From Burkholderiales bacterium (GTDB lineage Bacteria > Pseudomonadota > Gammaproteobacteria > Burkholderiales > SG8-39), in contig DATIYN010000011.1 in the NCBI GenBank assembly GCA_035517595.1, positions 1 through 47,515 of the forward strand: DNA of 47,515 nucleotides, written 5' to 3'. Under the pieces are notes generated by a model that saw nothing but the letters and a program-made list of their open reading frames with translations, was not told where the DNA came from and made no database searches. Shown one piece after another: positions 45,436-47,515 of the stretch (position 1 is its first letter; each line of letters opens with the position of its first letter). The translations under genes were made by a program, and so were the position numbers.

Positions 45436-46965
45436 TCAGTAGTTGTAGGCCTTCTCGCCATGGTCGGCGAGGTCCAGACCTTCTTGCTGATCGTCGTCGC
45501 TGGCGCGGATGCCGATGGTGAATTTCAGCAGCAGCATGATCACGAAGGCGACGCCTCCGGACCAGACCAGCGTCACGCCGATGTCCCAGAGCTGCGAAAC
45601 GATCTGCGCCGCGGCGTCGAAATCACCCACCTTGTTGGCGACGTAGTCGTACACGCCGGTGCCGCCGAGCTTCGGGTTGACGAATGTGCCGGTGCCGAGC
45701 GAGCCGATGATGCCGCCGATGCAATGCACGCCGAAGGTGTCGAGCGCATCGTCGTATCCGAGCCAGGCCTTGATTTTCGTGACCGCGAAGAAGCAGACGA
45801 CACCCGCGATCGCGCAGGTGACGAAGGCGCCCACCGGACCGACGAATCCAGCCGCCGGCGTGATCGCTACCAGGCCGGCGACGATTCCCGAGCAGATGCC
45901 GAGCAGGCTCGGCTTGCCCTTGACGATCCACTCGATCAACGCCCAGGCCACGCCGGCGGTCGCGGTTCCGAACAGCGTGTTGAAGAACGCGATGCCGGCG
46001 CCGCCGGTGGCTTCCAGCGCGGAACCCGCGTTGAAGCCGAACCATCCCATCCACAGCATGCCGGTGCCGATCGCGGTCATCATGACGCTGTGCGGCGCCA
46101 TCGAAACCTTGCCGTAACCGTTGCGCTTGCCCAGCATGAGCGCGCAGACCAGCGCGGCGATGCCGGAATTGACGTGTACGACAGTGCCGCCCGCGAAGTC
46201 GAGCGCGCCTTTCTGGAACAGGAACCCGGCATGTGCGCCCGCCTCCTCCGCGGCCTTCGCGGTCGTGTAGGCGTCGGGGCCGTCCCAGTACCAGACCATG
46301 TGCGCGACCGGCAGGTAGGCAAACGTGAACCACAGGATGCTGAAGATGATCATCGAGGAGAACTTGAAGCGCTCCCCGTAGCCCCCGGCGATCAGCGCGA
46401 CCGTAATGGCGGCGAAGGTCAGCTGGAACATGCAGTAGACGAAGTCCGGCAAATACTGTCCCTTGCTGAAGGTCGCGGCGACTGCGGTTGCCGGGTCCTC
46501 GCCGAGCATGAATAGCTTGTCGAAAGATCCCCAGAACGGATTGCCGGCGGTAAACGCCACGCTGTAGCCGTAGATCACCCACAGCACGGCGACCACGCAG
46601 AAGATCGAGAAGCTCTGCATCACCGTCGACAAGGCGTTCTTAGTGCGGACCATGCCGGCATAGAAAAGCGCCAGTCCCGGCACCGTCATCAGCAATACGA
46701 ACGCCGTGGACGTCATCATCCATGAGACGTCGCCCTTGTTGCAGTCAAACCCCTTGTCGCCGCATTTCGGCGTCGCGGGGGCGGCCGCCTCTGCGGGCGC
46801 CGCATCCTTCTTTTGGTCGGCCTTGGCCGGCTCCGCCTTGGCCGCTTCGGCCTTGGGTGCTTCCGCGGCCGGCTTGTCGGCGGCCTTGTCCTTGTCCTGC
46901 GCGGCGGCATTGCCCGCGACTGCGAACAGCGCGAGCATGGAAAGGACTGCGAGTACTTTCTTCAT
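45436..46965 (-). CDS. amtB: Ammonium transporter AmtB with a signal peptide and an unusual low-complexity N-terminal linker
   Basis: Starts at the internal MKKVLAVLSMLALFAVAGNAAAQ, with a GGGAGA Shine-Dalgarno 5 nt upstream. The Amt core includes FVLLMTVPGLALFYAGMVR, DFAGGTVVHVNSGIAALV and FGVHCIGGIIGSLGTG. It lies directly downstream of glnK. Confidence 0.93.
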   Translation of the reverse strand: MKKVLAVLSMLALFAVAGNAAAQDKDKAADKPAAEAPKAEAAKAEPAKADQKKDAAPAEAAAPATPKCGDKGFDCNKGDVSWMMTSTAFVLLMTVPGLALFYAGMVRTKNALSTVMQSFSIFCVVAVLWVIYGYSVAFTAGNPFWGSFDKLFMLGEDPATAVAATFSKGQYLPDFVYCMFQLTFAAITVALIAGGYGERFKFSSMIIFSILWFTFAYLPVAHMVWYWDGPDAYTTAKAAEEAGAHAGFLFQKGALDFAGGTVVHVNSGIAALVCALMLGKRNGYGKVSMAPHSVMMTAIGTGMLWMGWFGFNAGSALEATGGAGIAFFNTLFGTATAGVAWALIEWIVKGKPSLLGICSGIVAGLVAITPAAGFVGPVGAFVTCAIAGVVCFFAVTKIKAWLGYDDALDTFGVHCIGGIIGSLGTGTFVNPKLGGTGVYDYVANKVGDFDAAAQIVSQLWDIGVTLVWSGGVAFVIMLLLKFTIGIRASDDDQQEGLDLADHGEKAYNY

Positions 46966-46975
46966 CGTCATCTCC

Positions 46976-47515
<540 letters not shown>

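Overview
High-GC (roughly 68-70% by eye) proteobacterial chromosome segment. The gene order looks betaproteobacterial, but that is an inference. I see four blocks. (1) Replication-origin neighbourhood, 1-10.5 kb: pckG (partial), mnmE, yidC, yidD, rnpA and rpmH on the minus strand, diverging from dnaA-dnaN-gyrB on the plus strand. A perfect DnaA box sits upstream of dnaA. (2) Conserved housekeeping block, 10.5-26.5 kb: type IA topoisomerase, smg, dprA and a LysM protein on minus; def-fmt-rsmB-DUF4390-ntrY-ntrX on plus; then metH plus a 30-aa ribosomal protein bTHX gene on minus. (3) Aromatic-acid catabolic region, 26.7-45.4 kb: pobA coupled to an apparently triad-less S1C/PDZ protein, a hotdog thioesterase, and a tightly packed 9-gene minus-strand operon (FAH, CoA ligase, amidohydrolase, maiA, pcaH, pcaG, FAD oxidoreductase, MetE-like methyltransferase, pcaB). 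It continues with a 5-gene HAAT-type ABC importer, a benzoate/4-hydroxybenzoate-CoA-ligase-like gene and a MarR regulator. (4) Nitrogen block, 45.4-47.5 kb: amtB, glnK and the 3' end of a putative porin gene. rpmH, bTHX, pckG and the porin fragment are absent from the ORF track; I found them by translating the sequence myself. I saw no tRNA or rRNA genes, CRISPR arrays, IS elements, integrases or recognisable defence genes, so I cannot point to an obvious new system. The best leads are: (a) the unusual protocatechuate operon, with an embedded MetE-like/FAD-oxidoreductase pair and gentisate-type lower-pathway genes but no second ring-cleavage enzyme; (b) a terminator-containing structured leader abutting the metH start codon; (c) a pseudo-protease translationally coupled to pobA; (d) an apparent CTG start for fmt. 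All functional calls rest on motif recognition by eye. No database search was run. Non-coding coordinates may be off by 1-2 nt.
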